A stretch of 64,000 nucleotides of DNA, from NCBI GenBank assembly GCA_964559555.1, contig CAZLHM010000006.1:9008-73007 (forward strand), written 5' to 3'. The notes under the pieces were generated by a model. It was given only the letters and a program-made list of their open reading frames with translations. It had not been told where the DNA came from and ran no database searches. This stretch comes from an uncultured Candidatus Bathyarchaeia archaeon. GTDB lineage: Archaea; Thermoproteota; Bathyarchaeia; 40CM-2-53-6. The position numbers and the translations under genes were made by a program. Within the stretch, counting starts at the first letter, position 1. Each line of letters begins with the position of its first letter. This document shows, one piece after another, positions 37,502 through 45,976 of this stretch.

Positions 37502-38647
37502 ATGCCGCATAGCAGCCGATCGATGGCAGGAGTTGTGATCCTCCTCGCACTCGCAGTGTTTGCGCCTTGTGTGACTGGACAGGTTGAAGAGTCCGCGCTG
37601 CTGAGAATCGTGAGCGTGGAATACCCTCGCCAAGTTCCCCGCTCACATTCGTTCGCAGTCGAGATCCGGGTCGAGTACGCCTTTCGCGACTATAGCGACA
37701 TCTATGCCGCAATCTACGAGAGCCCGCAGGGCAAGCTGGAGCGTCTTCTGTGGCGAAGCGATACTGAGCACCTGATACGGGTCGGGGATAGAACCTACCA
37801 AATACAACTGAAATCCCCGTCGATTGAGAAGCAGTGGTTGCTGACGGCTTACGTTTTCTTTCGTAACGTCACGGGATTGTTCTACTTCACCGATCGAGAA
37901 CATGGACCCGGATTTGCCGAGGTCAGCATCAAGGTCGCTGACAATGCCAAACTAACGGTGCACACGCCGTATGGGAATGTTCCCATATGGGTTGATGGAA
38001 CGGAGCGCTTCACAGACGCGAACGGGTTTCTAGTCAATGATGTCAGAGTGCTCGCTGAACACACGATTGCGGCTCCTGACGAGTTGTCGATCATCTCGGG
38101 TTGGAGGGCGGTATTTGTCGGTTGGAACGGCACTGACTCAGCGAATCCGATAACCCTGATTGTCAGGAACGACATCAAGCTGGCGGCCGAGTTTCGAGAC
38201 GAGTTCTATCTCGATATCGTTTCGGATATCGGAGGGGTGAGAGGAACTGGTTGGTATCGTTCGGGTGCTGTCGCCAACTTCTCGGCGACTGCGATAATTC
38301 CATCAGAGGGCTGGGAGGGTCTCTTTGGGGTTCGGCATAGGTTCACCGGTTGGAGCGGAGATGTTGTCAGTGGGGCTCCAAACGAGTCGATAGTGATGGA
38401 TCGTCCCAGCAGAGTTGTCGCAAGCTGGTCCGTTGACTACAGTGGCTCGCTCTATCTAGTTACCATAGTTGCCGCTCTTGGGGTTGTGGGATTGGCGGCT
38501 CTGCTTGTGAGGCGAACGACAACGCGTGGCTCAGAGGAAATCGCCGAGCCTGCTGTGAAGGCGTTCTGCATGTTCTGCGGCGCCGAGATCGACCCGGACG
38601 CCAGTTTCTGCTCGAAGTGCGGAAAGAGCCAGCTCAGTTCGAGCTAG
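37502..38647 (+). CDS. Secreted, membrane-anchored repeat protein with a cytoplasmic C-terminal zinc ribbon
   Basis: It has a signal peptide, GW-containing repeats (ISGWRAVFVGWNG; GTGWYRSG...RFTGWSGD), a single TM, then CMFCGAEIDPDASFCSKCG. Confidence 0.5.
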   Translation: MPHSSRSMAGVVILLALAVFAPCVTGQVEESALLRIVSVEYPRQVPRSHSFAVEIRVEYAFRDYSDIYAAIYESPQGKLERLLWRSDTEHLIRVGDRTYQIQLKSPSIEKQWLLTAYVFFRNVTGLFYFTDREHGPGFAEVSIKVADNAKLTVHTPYGNVPIWVDGTERFTDANGFLVNDVRVLAEHTIAAPDELSIISGWRAVFVGWNGTDSANPITLIVRNDIKLAAEFRDEFYLDIVSDIGGVRGTGWYRSGAVANFSATAIIPSEGWEGLFGVRHRFTGWSGDVVSGAPNESIVMDRPSRVVASWSVDYSGSLYLVTIVAALGVVGLAALLVRRTTTRGSEEIAEPAVKAFCMFCGAEIDPDASFCSKCGKSQLSSS

Positions 38648-39191
38648 TCGAGGGTCTCCGAGCTGGACGGAGCATCTGTATCGCGCGGATCGCGAAGTCT
38701 CCGATCTCCGGAATGAATAGGTCCAGAACGATCACAAGAAATGCGACCGAGAATACCCCCAAGATCAGCCCGGTTGGATAGTGCGCCAGAGACCAAGGAA
38801 GGATACCTCTGTAGAGAAGGAGGATCTCAAGCGCGATTCTGCCAATGTTCGCTAGGAAGACGAGGACAGCCACGCTCGCGATCGCGGTCACCTTCCTTCT
38901 CCATGCCACCTGAGGGAGCGGGATCAAAAGGCCAACAAAGACCGCGATTACCTGCACGCCGGTGCACATTCGTTCGATCTCGAACTCGTTCACAAACGCT
39001 TTGCCGTCACTGACCCACGAGTGAGCCGGAATCCCAATCCAGCTCAGCAAAGCGGCAGAGCTTTCGGCCGTGACCTTCTCGAGGAGAAAGTAGTTCGGTA
39101 AGTAGTATAGCCCTGCGGACAGAACCACAGCTACCGCGGTGTATTCGAGAATGTTGCGGAACCCCACAGTTCTGTCAATGAGTGCTCGCAT
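38634..39191 (-). CDS. Archaeosortase/exosortase family transpeptidase (small ArtE/F-like)
   Basis: The polytopic 185 aa product has the conserved active-site Cys (FEIERMCTG) and the downstream N-x-x-R motif (LANIGRIA) characteristic of exosortase/archaeosortase. Confidence 0.65.
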   Translation of the reverse strand: MRALIDRTVGFRNILEYTAVAVVLSAGLYYLPNYFLLEKVTAESSAALLSWIGIPAHSWVSDGKAFVNEFEIERMCTGVQVIAVFVGLLIPLPQVAWRRKVTAIASVAVLVFLANIGRIALEILLLYRGILPWSLAHYPTGLILGVFSVAFLVIVLDLFIPEIGDFAIRAIQMLRPARRPSTSSN

Positions 39192-39550
39192 GGCCGTTTC
39201 ATCATCTCATCCGTGTGACTTGAGTCTTGCTCCTCACTCAAAGCCAATGGCATGATATGGCAGAGATGAGTTTGGACTCGACTGAAACAAGATCGCCGTG
39301 GCGTGGTGATTATGATCAAACGTTGTTCTTCCTTTGCTGGTTGAAGGTCTTGTATCGATAGCGGTCTTCTTTGGCTCAGCATCGATCGGCAACGACTCGA
39401 TCCTCATCTACGTTGCCGATTGGAGCAACTGATGGGTAGGTCTCTTTGACGGTCGCGGAGGAAGTAAACTTGGGTGAAACAGCTGCACAAGTCAGGCCCT
39501 AGGGGGTCTAGGATGACCAAACGTGCGAGGGATTCCGGGAATAAGGCAGC

Positions 39551-39566
39551 TTTTTATAAAAATAAA
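39551..39566 (+). promoter_or_regulatory. TATA-rich element (TTTTTATAAAAATAAA) upstream of the 39584 membrane-protein gene
   Basis: The AT-rich TATA consensus lies about 30-40 nt before the GTG/ATG starts. Confidence 0.4.
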
Positions 39567-39583
39567 GCGACTTCCTAGCTTGA

Positions 39584-40015
39584 GTGGTTGTAGTAATGGT
39601 CGAGGTTCGCAAGGGAGTTGGGCTGGCGATAATTCTCGCGAGCATAGTGGCGTGGGTGTATGGTGCGATGAACCTGTACAACGAGAAAGTGCTCGAGATG
39701 TCAGTCGCAGATGTCCCAAGAGTGATCGAGATCGGGTTCGTACCGATCCTGATCGGAGCCGCGCTCTTCATATACGGGGTCACGGTGCAAGGATACAAGA
39801 CAAAAGCCGGACTCGTTGTCCATACAATCGCCAACATTCCATACTTCTACGCCATATACTCGGTATACCAACTAGGACTACGACATGTGCTCAATCCCAT
39901 GCAGTATTTCCAGGAGACGGTGGTCTTCTGGGGTCTGGGACTGGCCTTGAACGTCGCGGGCATCGTGGCGAACCAGATAGGACGCAAGAAACCGACAGTC
40001 ACCCCAACTGGATAG
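39584..40015 (+). CDS. Hypothetical 4-TM membrane protein
   Basis: The 143 aa ORF has a hydrophobic periodicity. It starts at GTG 39584 or ATG 39596. Confidence 0.4.
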   Translation: MVVVMVEVRKGVGLAIILASIVAWVYGAMNLYNEKVLEMSVADVPRVIEIGFVPILIGAALFIYGVTVQGYKTKAGLVVHTIANIPYFYAIYSVYQLGLRHVLNPMQYFQETVVFWGLGLALNVAGIVANQIGRKKPTVTPTG

Positions 40016-40410
40016 TGAGCAGCAAGAACATGGCTCTTACAGGGATCGTTGGGGTCCATTAGATACATAGTGTGAGCAACCAAGGCTCGCGAGCACGTCT
40101 ATCGCTAACGATCACGAATTGCGCTTGCCAAAGTCCGCGTTCAGTCTGGAAATGAGTCGACAGATCAGTCCTGTGTAACTGGCCTCGTGGCTTACGCACA
40201 CCACTGTACATGGCCCGAGCTTGACAACCACAAGAGACGCTTGGGGCTCTTTGGTAGTGAGGCCGAGGCCTTGTAACCCGTGCGGGGTGCGCTTGGTACG
40301 CCTAGCCGCCGTGCTCAGGATGGCATGAGGTAGGTTATGTGGCTCCCGCGTGTCATCGATGGTCTGACGCATTGTCTTATATTATCTGAGAGGATATTGT
40401 ATGGAGAACC

Positions 40411-40809
40411 GTGTCATCTCTTCTAGAAGACCCCGCTCATCGAGTCGTGAACTTGGAGAGGAGACGCTATCGGGGACGTATCCAGATAGCCGCTGGCATT
40501 CTCGAGATCGCTAGGACGGGTTCTCGCAAGACCAGAATAATGTATCTTGGTAACCTAAGCTTCGAGGTCCTACAGAAGTATCTGGATCTGCTACTGAAAC
40601 TGGGCATGATCGAAGCGCAAGGTCGCTCGGAGAGGCAATACTTCACAACCGAGAAGGGCCTTGGGTTCCTGAACGACTTCTACCAGCTTCGGAGGCACGC
40701 AGGGATCGTCCAAGAAAAGAAGGCTGTCCTAGAGAGGAGCCTGTCCATGACGACTGTCGAAGTCGATGAGACTCCACGAAAGGTTGAGGAGATCGGTGCT
40801 GCACCATGA
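40411..40809 (+). CDS. Winged-helix DNA-binding protein (archaeal HTH_45-like regulator)
   Basis: The 132 aa product has RIQIAAGILEIARTGSRKTRIMYLGNLSFEVLQKYLDLLLKLGMIE. It starts at GTG, and a TATA-like TTATATTA lies at 40377-40384. Confidence 0.5.
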   Translation: MSSLLEDPAHRVVNLERRRYRGRIQIAAGILEIARTGSRKTRIMYLGNLSFEVLQKYLDLLLKLGMIEAQGRSERQYFTTEKGLGFLNDFYQLRRHAGIVQEKKAVLERSLSMTTVEVDETPRKVEEIGAAP

Positions 40810-41285
40810 ATCCTCGTTGTTACGATAGAGTTTTAGGTTCCGACACTCGCGTCCCTATTGTCTCCCCGGCTACTCGTGGAACAGAACTTGGATGCGTCTC
40901 TCGTGTTTCCAAGGGCTGCGTCGCCGAGACTCACGCGATCAGCTATTCGAGTCTGTTGAGATTCAGGGTCCGGGGAGTGCGGAACGGCAACTGGCGGGCT
41001 CTCAGCCGATTGGAGAGAGGACTCTACAATTGCGCGTTACTGTTGGCCAAGCGACGACAGAGGATAGTCAATGCCAAGTTGTTGGCGCCAATCAAAGCCA
41101 TTATCAGTAGACTGTTGGCCACTATTCGGACGCGCATAATCGCCATCGGCGAGGCTAGGGCCTGCGCTTTGTATGAAACCTATGCGAGAAACGGTGTCTT
41201 CAGATGGGCACCCGAAGCGGAGAGATGGCTCACCGATCCCAAAGCGGTCTTCTATCTTGGAGTTACAGAGTTGTTCAATCGATGA
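40806..41285 (+). CDS. Hypothetical protein (translationally coupled to the wHTH gene by an ATGA overlap)
   Basis: The 159 aa ORF has no recognisable motif. Confidence 0.35.
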   Translation: MNPRCYDRVLGSDTRVPIVSPATRGTELGCVSRVSKGCVAETHAISYSSLLRFRVRGVRNGNWRALSRLERGLYNCALLLAKRRQRIVNAKLLAPIKAIISRLLATIRTRIIAIGEARACALYETYARNGVFRWAPEAERWLTDPKAVFYLGVTELFNR

Positions 41286-41439
41286 AAGACCACGCGAGTA
41301 GACCCGCCTTCCAACCCTGCGACCACGGGAGACCAAGCTTTACAGACTTGGAGCCGGAGTACCACGGTAGCGAGGGGCAGTGTCACGCATCCGTACGCCC
41401 TTGGTTGACTGGTCAGTTGGATAAGATGAGAGGGTCCTA

Positions 41440-42741
41440 ATGGTCTCTCCGCCGGATCTAGCCTTGGCCCAACCTCTATCCGTAGACATCCTACTGACCA
41501 TATTTGTGTTGATCACTGCCGTGATCTTTTTGTGGTCGCTGTACAATCTGTCGATATTCGCAGCCGGGGTCAGGCGCTACTTCCGTATCCACGACAAGAG
41601 AGTGGATTCTGAACCCCAAAGCCGATCCCCGTTCATCTCTCTGATAGTCCCAGCCAAGAATGAAGAGAAAGTTATCGGGCGCGTCTTGGATTCTTTGCTG
41701 GATTTGCGATACCCGAAAGATAGGATGGAGGTCTTCGTTGTTGAAGATGGCTCGACAGACAACACCAAGGGAATAGCACTTCGCTATGCCTCTGAGCATC
41801 CGAACTTGATTCGCTGCATTCACAATGCTACTTCTGAGGGTAAACCCGCAGCTCTGAATCTCGCGCTTCAACAAGCACGTGGCAACATCGTGGGGGTGCT
41901 CGACGCCGACAATGTTCCGGACTCACGGCTGCTTGTCCACGTCGCCAAGTCTTTCGATGATAACGCGACCGTCGCCGTTCAAGGCATCACTGAATCGATA
42001 AACGCGCAAGCAAACATGTTGACGAAGGTAGTCTCCCTCGAGGAGGCTGCGTGGTTCAAGACCGTTCTGAATGGCAAAGATCACCTGAGGCTGTTTGTTC
42101 CGTTGACGGGAAGCTGCCAATTCATCAGGAGTAATGTGCTAAGGGAACTCGGAGGATGGGATAAATCGTCATTGGCAGAGGATGTTGAACTGGCCGCACG
42201 TCTTCTGGCCAACGGTCATCGAGTCAGATTCTGCGAGCAAGCTGTCACATCGCAGGAGGCGCCATCACGTCTGTCCCAGCTCTTCCGTCAACGATCAAGA
42301 TGGTACCGTGGGTACATAGAGACCGCCATCAAGTATGGGAGCCTTCTGACGAATCCCAATGGTCTCCGAGTCGACGCCGAGGTGACACTGTTCGGACCTA
42401 TCCTGTTGGGAATGAGCTTTGCCAACTACTGGCTGTCGTGGGCGGTCTTAACTTGGACGACGACGTTCGTTGCCAGAATCTTGGCGTATCTAATGGTTGG
42501 ACTTACGTCCGCCCTGTTGCTCGCCCTAGGACTCGGACTTGTGTACCTTGTGAGACCTAGAAGAATCTCCAACTTCCTGTGGCTGCCATTTATCTACGCA
42601 TACTGGTTCCTTCAAACCGTGATCGCGACCTACGCCTTGTCTCTGATGGTTCTACGCAGACCGAGGATCTGGGCGAAGACCGAGAAGACAGGTTCAGTCG
42701 ACAGCAGACATGAAACCAACACGACACCGATTGGAGAGTAG
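41440..42741 (+). CDS. Processive family-2 glycosyltransferase (CesA/NodC/PgaC/HAS-like synthase)
   Basis: An N-terminal TM precedes the GT-A domain (LIVPAKNEE, VEDGSTDNT, VLDADNVP). An ED motif (SLAEDVE) and QRSRW (QxxRW at 42289-42303) are followed by 4-5 C-terminal TM helices. Confidence 0.75.
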   Translation: MVSPPDLALAQPLSVDILLTIFVLITAVIFLWSLYNLSIFAAGVRRYFRIHDKRVDSEPQSRSPFISLIVPAKNEEKVIGRVLDSLLDLRYPKDRMEVFVVEDGSTDNTKGIALRYASEHPNLIRCIHNATSEGKPAALNLALQQARGNIVGVLDADNVPDSRLLVHVAKSFDDNATVAVQGITESINAQANMLTKVVSLEEAAWFKTVLNGKDHLRLFVPLTGSCQFIRSNVLRELGGWDKSSLAEDVELAARLLANGHRVRFCEQAVTSQEAPSRLSQLFRQRSRWYRGYIETAIKYGSLLTNPNGLRVDAEVTLFGPILLGMSFANYWLSWAVLTWTTTFVARILAYLMVGLTSALLLALGLGLVYLVRPRRISNFLWLPFIYAYWFLQTVIATYALSLMVLRRPRIWAKTEKTGSVDSRHETNTTPIGE

Positions 42742-42789
42742 GGCGAGCCATAGCTGCCTCCTGTTCCGTCGGCGAGCGGTGAGAATACT

Positions 42790-43887
42790 ATGATCGCGAG
42801 TCTCATAGTGACTATAGCTGTCGGCGCCGTCCTGCTTTTCTTGGCGAAGGGATACGAGAAAACAATGTCGCTAATCTCATCGAGGCATCAAAGGCGGAAT
42901 TCCGATCCACCAAGGATCAATGCGGATCTGCCACGGATAACTGTCATGATACCTACATTCAATGAGGCTGGTACGATCGCCAGAAAACTTGAGAATCTGT
43001 TTGACTCTGACTACCCTCGTGATCTCTTGGAGATCATTGTAGTGGACAGTTCCTTAGATGAGACTGGGGTGATCGCAAGTTCCTATCCTGTCAAGGTCGT
43101 GAGGTGCGATGCTGTAGGCAAGATCCGCGCCATAAATGAGGGAATCAAGCTCTGCAAGACAGACATAGTTGTCCTTACGGACTGTGACACAATTCTGGAC
43201 AGGAGATCGATTCTCTGCCTAGTTCAGTCGTTCTCAACTGATGTTGGAGCGGTTGGGGGAATCGTGAGGCCTAAGGGCAATGGTGAATGGTTCTCATCGA
43301 TGAAGAGCTCCTACCACGAATGGGATTGGGGACTCAGAGAGGTAGAGGGCACCGTTGACACCGTATGCTCGCTCGACGGCAACCTCGTCGCCTTCAGAAA
43401 GTCAATCATCAATGAGATACCGGGTGATGCCTTTGCAGATGATATGGAACTAACCTTCGCCATTAGGAAGAAGGGATACCGCTGCATCATTAGCAGAGGA
43501 GCCGTTGCCTACCAGATGATTCCCAATGGCTTGTCGCGGGATCTGCAGAGGATGCGGCGCATCATCAAGCTGACGATACTAACGTCTCTTAGGCATTCCC
43601 GGATGCTCTTCAGCACTAAGTACGGCTGGTTCTCAATGATTACGTTTCCATCTAGAAGATTTCTCAATCTGCTCACGCCTTTCATGTTGGCGTATGTCGC
43701 TGTATTTCTGTGGCTGTACAGCCCTCTGCTGCTCCTATCCGGCATCGCGCTTGCGATCGCGATCTCAATCCTTGGGTTAAGGAAAATCGGATACTACTGG
43801 ATACTTCTTTTGGCCCTGACACTGGCCTGGCTGGACATCTTCGCCGGGAATTTTCATAGAGGCGCTGTTTGGCAGAAGGTCCGCTGA
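42790..43887 (+). CDS. Membrane-bound GT2 glycosyltransferase (paralogous architecture to 41440, QxxRW degenerate)
   Basis: It has VMIPTFNEA, VVDSSLDET, VLTDCDTILD (DxD) and LQRMRRI with no W, followed by C-terminal TMs. Confidence 0.7.
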   Translation: MIASLIVTIAVGAVLLFLAKGYEKTMSLISSRHQRRNSDPPRINADLPRITVMIPTFNEAGTIARKLENLFDSDYPRDLLEIIVVDSSLDETGVIASSYPVKVVRCDAVGKIRAINEGIKLCKTDIVVLTDCDTILDRRSILCLVQSFSTDVGAVGGIVRPKGNGEWFSSMKSSYHEWDWGLREVEGTVDTVCSLDGNLVAFRKSIINEIPGDAFADDMELTFAIRKKGYRCIISRGAVAYQMIPNGLSRDLQRMRRIIKLTILTSLRHSRMLFSTKYGWFSMITFPSRRFLNLLTPFMLAYVAVFLWLYSPLLLLSGIALAIAISILGLRKIGYYWILLLALTLAWLDIFAGNFHRGAVWQKVR

Positions 43888-43956
43888 TGCCTAGTACGCG
43901 CCCGCCAGAAGGTTGATCGAACGAGCAGCTCAACAGTCTGCCTTGTAGCTCGTTCT

Positions 43957-45042
43957 TTGCGGTCACATGCGGGAGATGGTAGGGCCGTCTACGCTAGAGG
44001 GCTCTATGCGGCGCTGAGAGAAAACGGGGTCGAGGTACGCATATGGGATCCACCCAGTCTTGGAAGAGCATTCGGCTCGGCCTTGAGTATCATCTGGTAT
44101 GATATCATCGCACCGTTCGTCTTCTTGATCCTTCCCAGCGCATACAGGCGATATCGCCTCATCCACGCCGCGTTTCCTGAACAAGGACTCTGGTTTCCCA
44201 TCTTGAAGATCAGGAAAGTTCTGACCGTGCACGACCTCAACCCTCTACTTGACAAGGGGTCATCACTGACACAGATACTATGGAACCTGTATGCACGAAT
44301 CATCTACTCGATTGCCATCGGATTTGCAGACCACATCATCGCAGTCTCGACGCAGACCAAAGACGAGCTTCAATCGATTGCCGGCGTCAAAGAGCATAGA
44401 ATAACGGTCATAGCTCCAGGAATAGCAGACGCGTTCACGCCGCGGCCGAGAACGATCAATCTCGACCCGCTCATCGGTTTCGTTGGAAAGCTGACTGAGA
44501 GAAAGAATGTAGGGTTCCTGCTGGATTCATTGAAGACCTTGACTATCTCAGATTCGTCCAGAAGGTGGAGATTGGCTATCTACTGTGGCGAGAGCGTCAA
44601 AGTAGAGAGGCCAGGATCCGTTGCGGGCCGAGATTCGGATGATCGGGTCACTTTTCATCCGTTTGTGCCTGCAACCGAGATGCCCAATGTCTATACCAGG
44701 TTCTTTGTTATGATATATCCGAGCAAACACGAAGGCTTCGGGTTCCCAATACTGGAAGCGCAGAGATGCGGCACTCCAGTGATCATCACGGAGGGATCGA
44801 GAATCCCTGACGAAGTCGCTAGGTACACGTTGAAAGCGAAGAGCCCCTTGGAGGCAGCTCACATCTGCATCAGACTCATCGAGAACAAGGAGCTCTATGA
44901 TCAGACTTCGCGTGAGGCCTCCGTGTACGCGGGGACTTTCTCTTGGCAAGTGCAGGCAAGGGAAGTCGAAAACTTGTACGAATCCCTATTGGCTTCGAGC
45001 GTGAAGTCCGACCGGGCATCGGATCAGCTGCATACAGAATGA
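43957..45042 (+). CDS. Glycosyltransferase family 1 (GT4 retaining, GT-B fold)
   Basis: The EX7E motif is EGFGFPILEAQRCGTPVI. It starts at TTG. Confidence 0.75.
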   Translation: MRSHAGDGRAVYARGLYAALRENGVEVRIWDPPSLGRAFGSALSIIWYDIIAPFVFLILPSAYRRYRLIHAAFPEQGLWFPILKIRKVLTVHDLNPLLDKGSSLTQILWNLYARIIYSIAIGFADHIIAVSTQTKDELQSIAGVKEHRITVIAPGIADAFTPRPRTINLDPLIGFVGKLTERKNVGFLLDSLKTLTISDSSRRWRLAIYCGESVKVERPGSVAGRDSDDRVTFHPFVPATEMPNVYTRFFVMIYPSKHEGFGFPILEAQRCGTPVIITEGSRIPDEVARYTLKAKSPLEAAHICIRLIENKELYDQTSREASVYAGTFSWQVQAREVENLYESLLASSVKSDRASDQLHTE

Positions 45043-45953
45043 AACACGTCGTACTGACTGGCATATCATCGACCGGATGCGAGACAGAAGCAGGGCGCGT
45101 CAACCAAGGCCGTGTATCCGTTGTCATTCCAACCTATCAGTCATCTAGAGACATCGCGACCTGTCTTCGGAGCGTTAGAGATCAGACCTACAAGGTCGAC
45201 CAGGTCATAGTCGTGGATGCGTTCAGCAGAGATGGAACTGCCAGTGTGGCCTCGGAGCTGGGCGCGAGTGTGATTCTTGCCCACGGCACACAGGCCGCCG
45301 CAAGGAACGTCGGTTTATGTAGTTCCGAGGGTGACTACGTGCTCTTCTTGGATTCGGATCAAGAGCTGGAACCTGGCGTCGTGGAGGACTGTGTGACACA
45401 ATGTGCGAGCGGTGATGTTTATGCTGTGAAGATCCCGGAGTTCTTCGTGGGTCACGATTTCTGGGGTAGGTGTTCCGCGCTCTGGAAGAACCACGTAGTG
45501 GCCGTTTGGGGGTCGGAAGGTGGAATTCCAAGGTTCTACAAGCGAACCGTTTTGACGGGACCCGACGTTTTCAAGACTTGCCTGCGCCTATGGGAAGACC
45601 ATGAACTCTACCAGAGGACCAAGTCGACGGTGCTGGGCAAGGAGAGCTGGTGCAGGTCGCGAATCATTCACCATGAGAAAGTCTCACCAAAGGGCTTGGT
45701 CAGGAAGTATCTATCATACGGGCGCTCAATCGTCACCTTCAAGAGGACCATCACCGAAACCCCATTGGCCTCAACCATCAAGCTCGCCCTATCGACGGCA
45801 TTTCACGTCATCAGGACTCCCGGCAACTCACCGTTGATTTTCTGCGGATGCGTTGTCCAGATTGTTCTGAAGGGATTCTCAGTGGCCCTAGGCTCTCTGC
45901 TTGGTCTGGCGTCGCTAAGTGATTGTCGATCTCCTCCTCAAGTCCCGGCATGA
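45039..45953 (+). CDS. Glycosyltransferase family 2
   Basis: VSVVIPTYQSSRDIATCLRSVRDQTY, VVDAFSRDGT and FLDSDQE are present. The start MKHVVL at 45039 overlaps the upstream stop (ATGA). The tracked ORF start at 44943 is an over-extension. Confidence 0.75.
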   Translation: MKHVVLTGISSTGCETEAGRVNQGRVSVVIPTYQSSRDIATCLRSVRDQTYKVDQVIVVDAFSRDGTASVASELGASVILAHGTQAAARNVGLCSSEGDYVLFLDSDQELEPGVVEDCVTQCASGDVYAVKIPEFFVGHDFWGRCSALWKNHVVAVWGSEGGIPRFYKRTVLTGPDVFKTCLRLWEDHELYQRTKSTVLGKESWCRSRIIHHEKVSPKGLVRKYLSYGRSIVTFKRTITETPLASTIKLALSTAFHVIRTPGNSPLIFCGCVVQIVLKGFSVALGSLLGLASLSDCRSPPQVPA

Positions 45954-45976
45954 ATCTCTGAGGCCAAGTCCTTCCT

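Noticed and set aside
40100-40380. A possible RNase P RNA or SRP RNA in the GC-rich spacer (AAAGUCCGCG resembles the P4 GGAAAGUCCGGGCU).
   Set aside because: Only a short partial match was found. The other universally conserved elements (GGGCA, ACAGAA-CCGGCUUA, or SRP helix-8 GGAA/AGCAG motifs) were not found on either strand.
43894-43956. An N-terminal extension for the GT4 at 43957, since the typical GT4 first beta-strand appeared to be missing.
   Set aside because: The upstream in-frame sequence has no start codon before the stop at 43891-43893. The TTG at 43957 was retained as the start.
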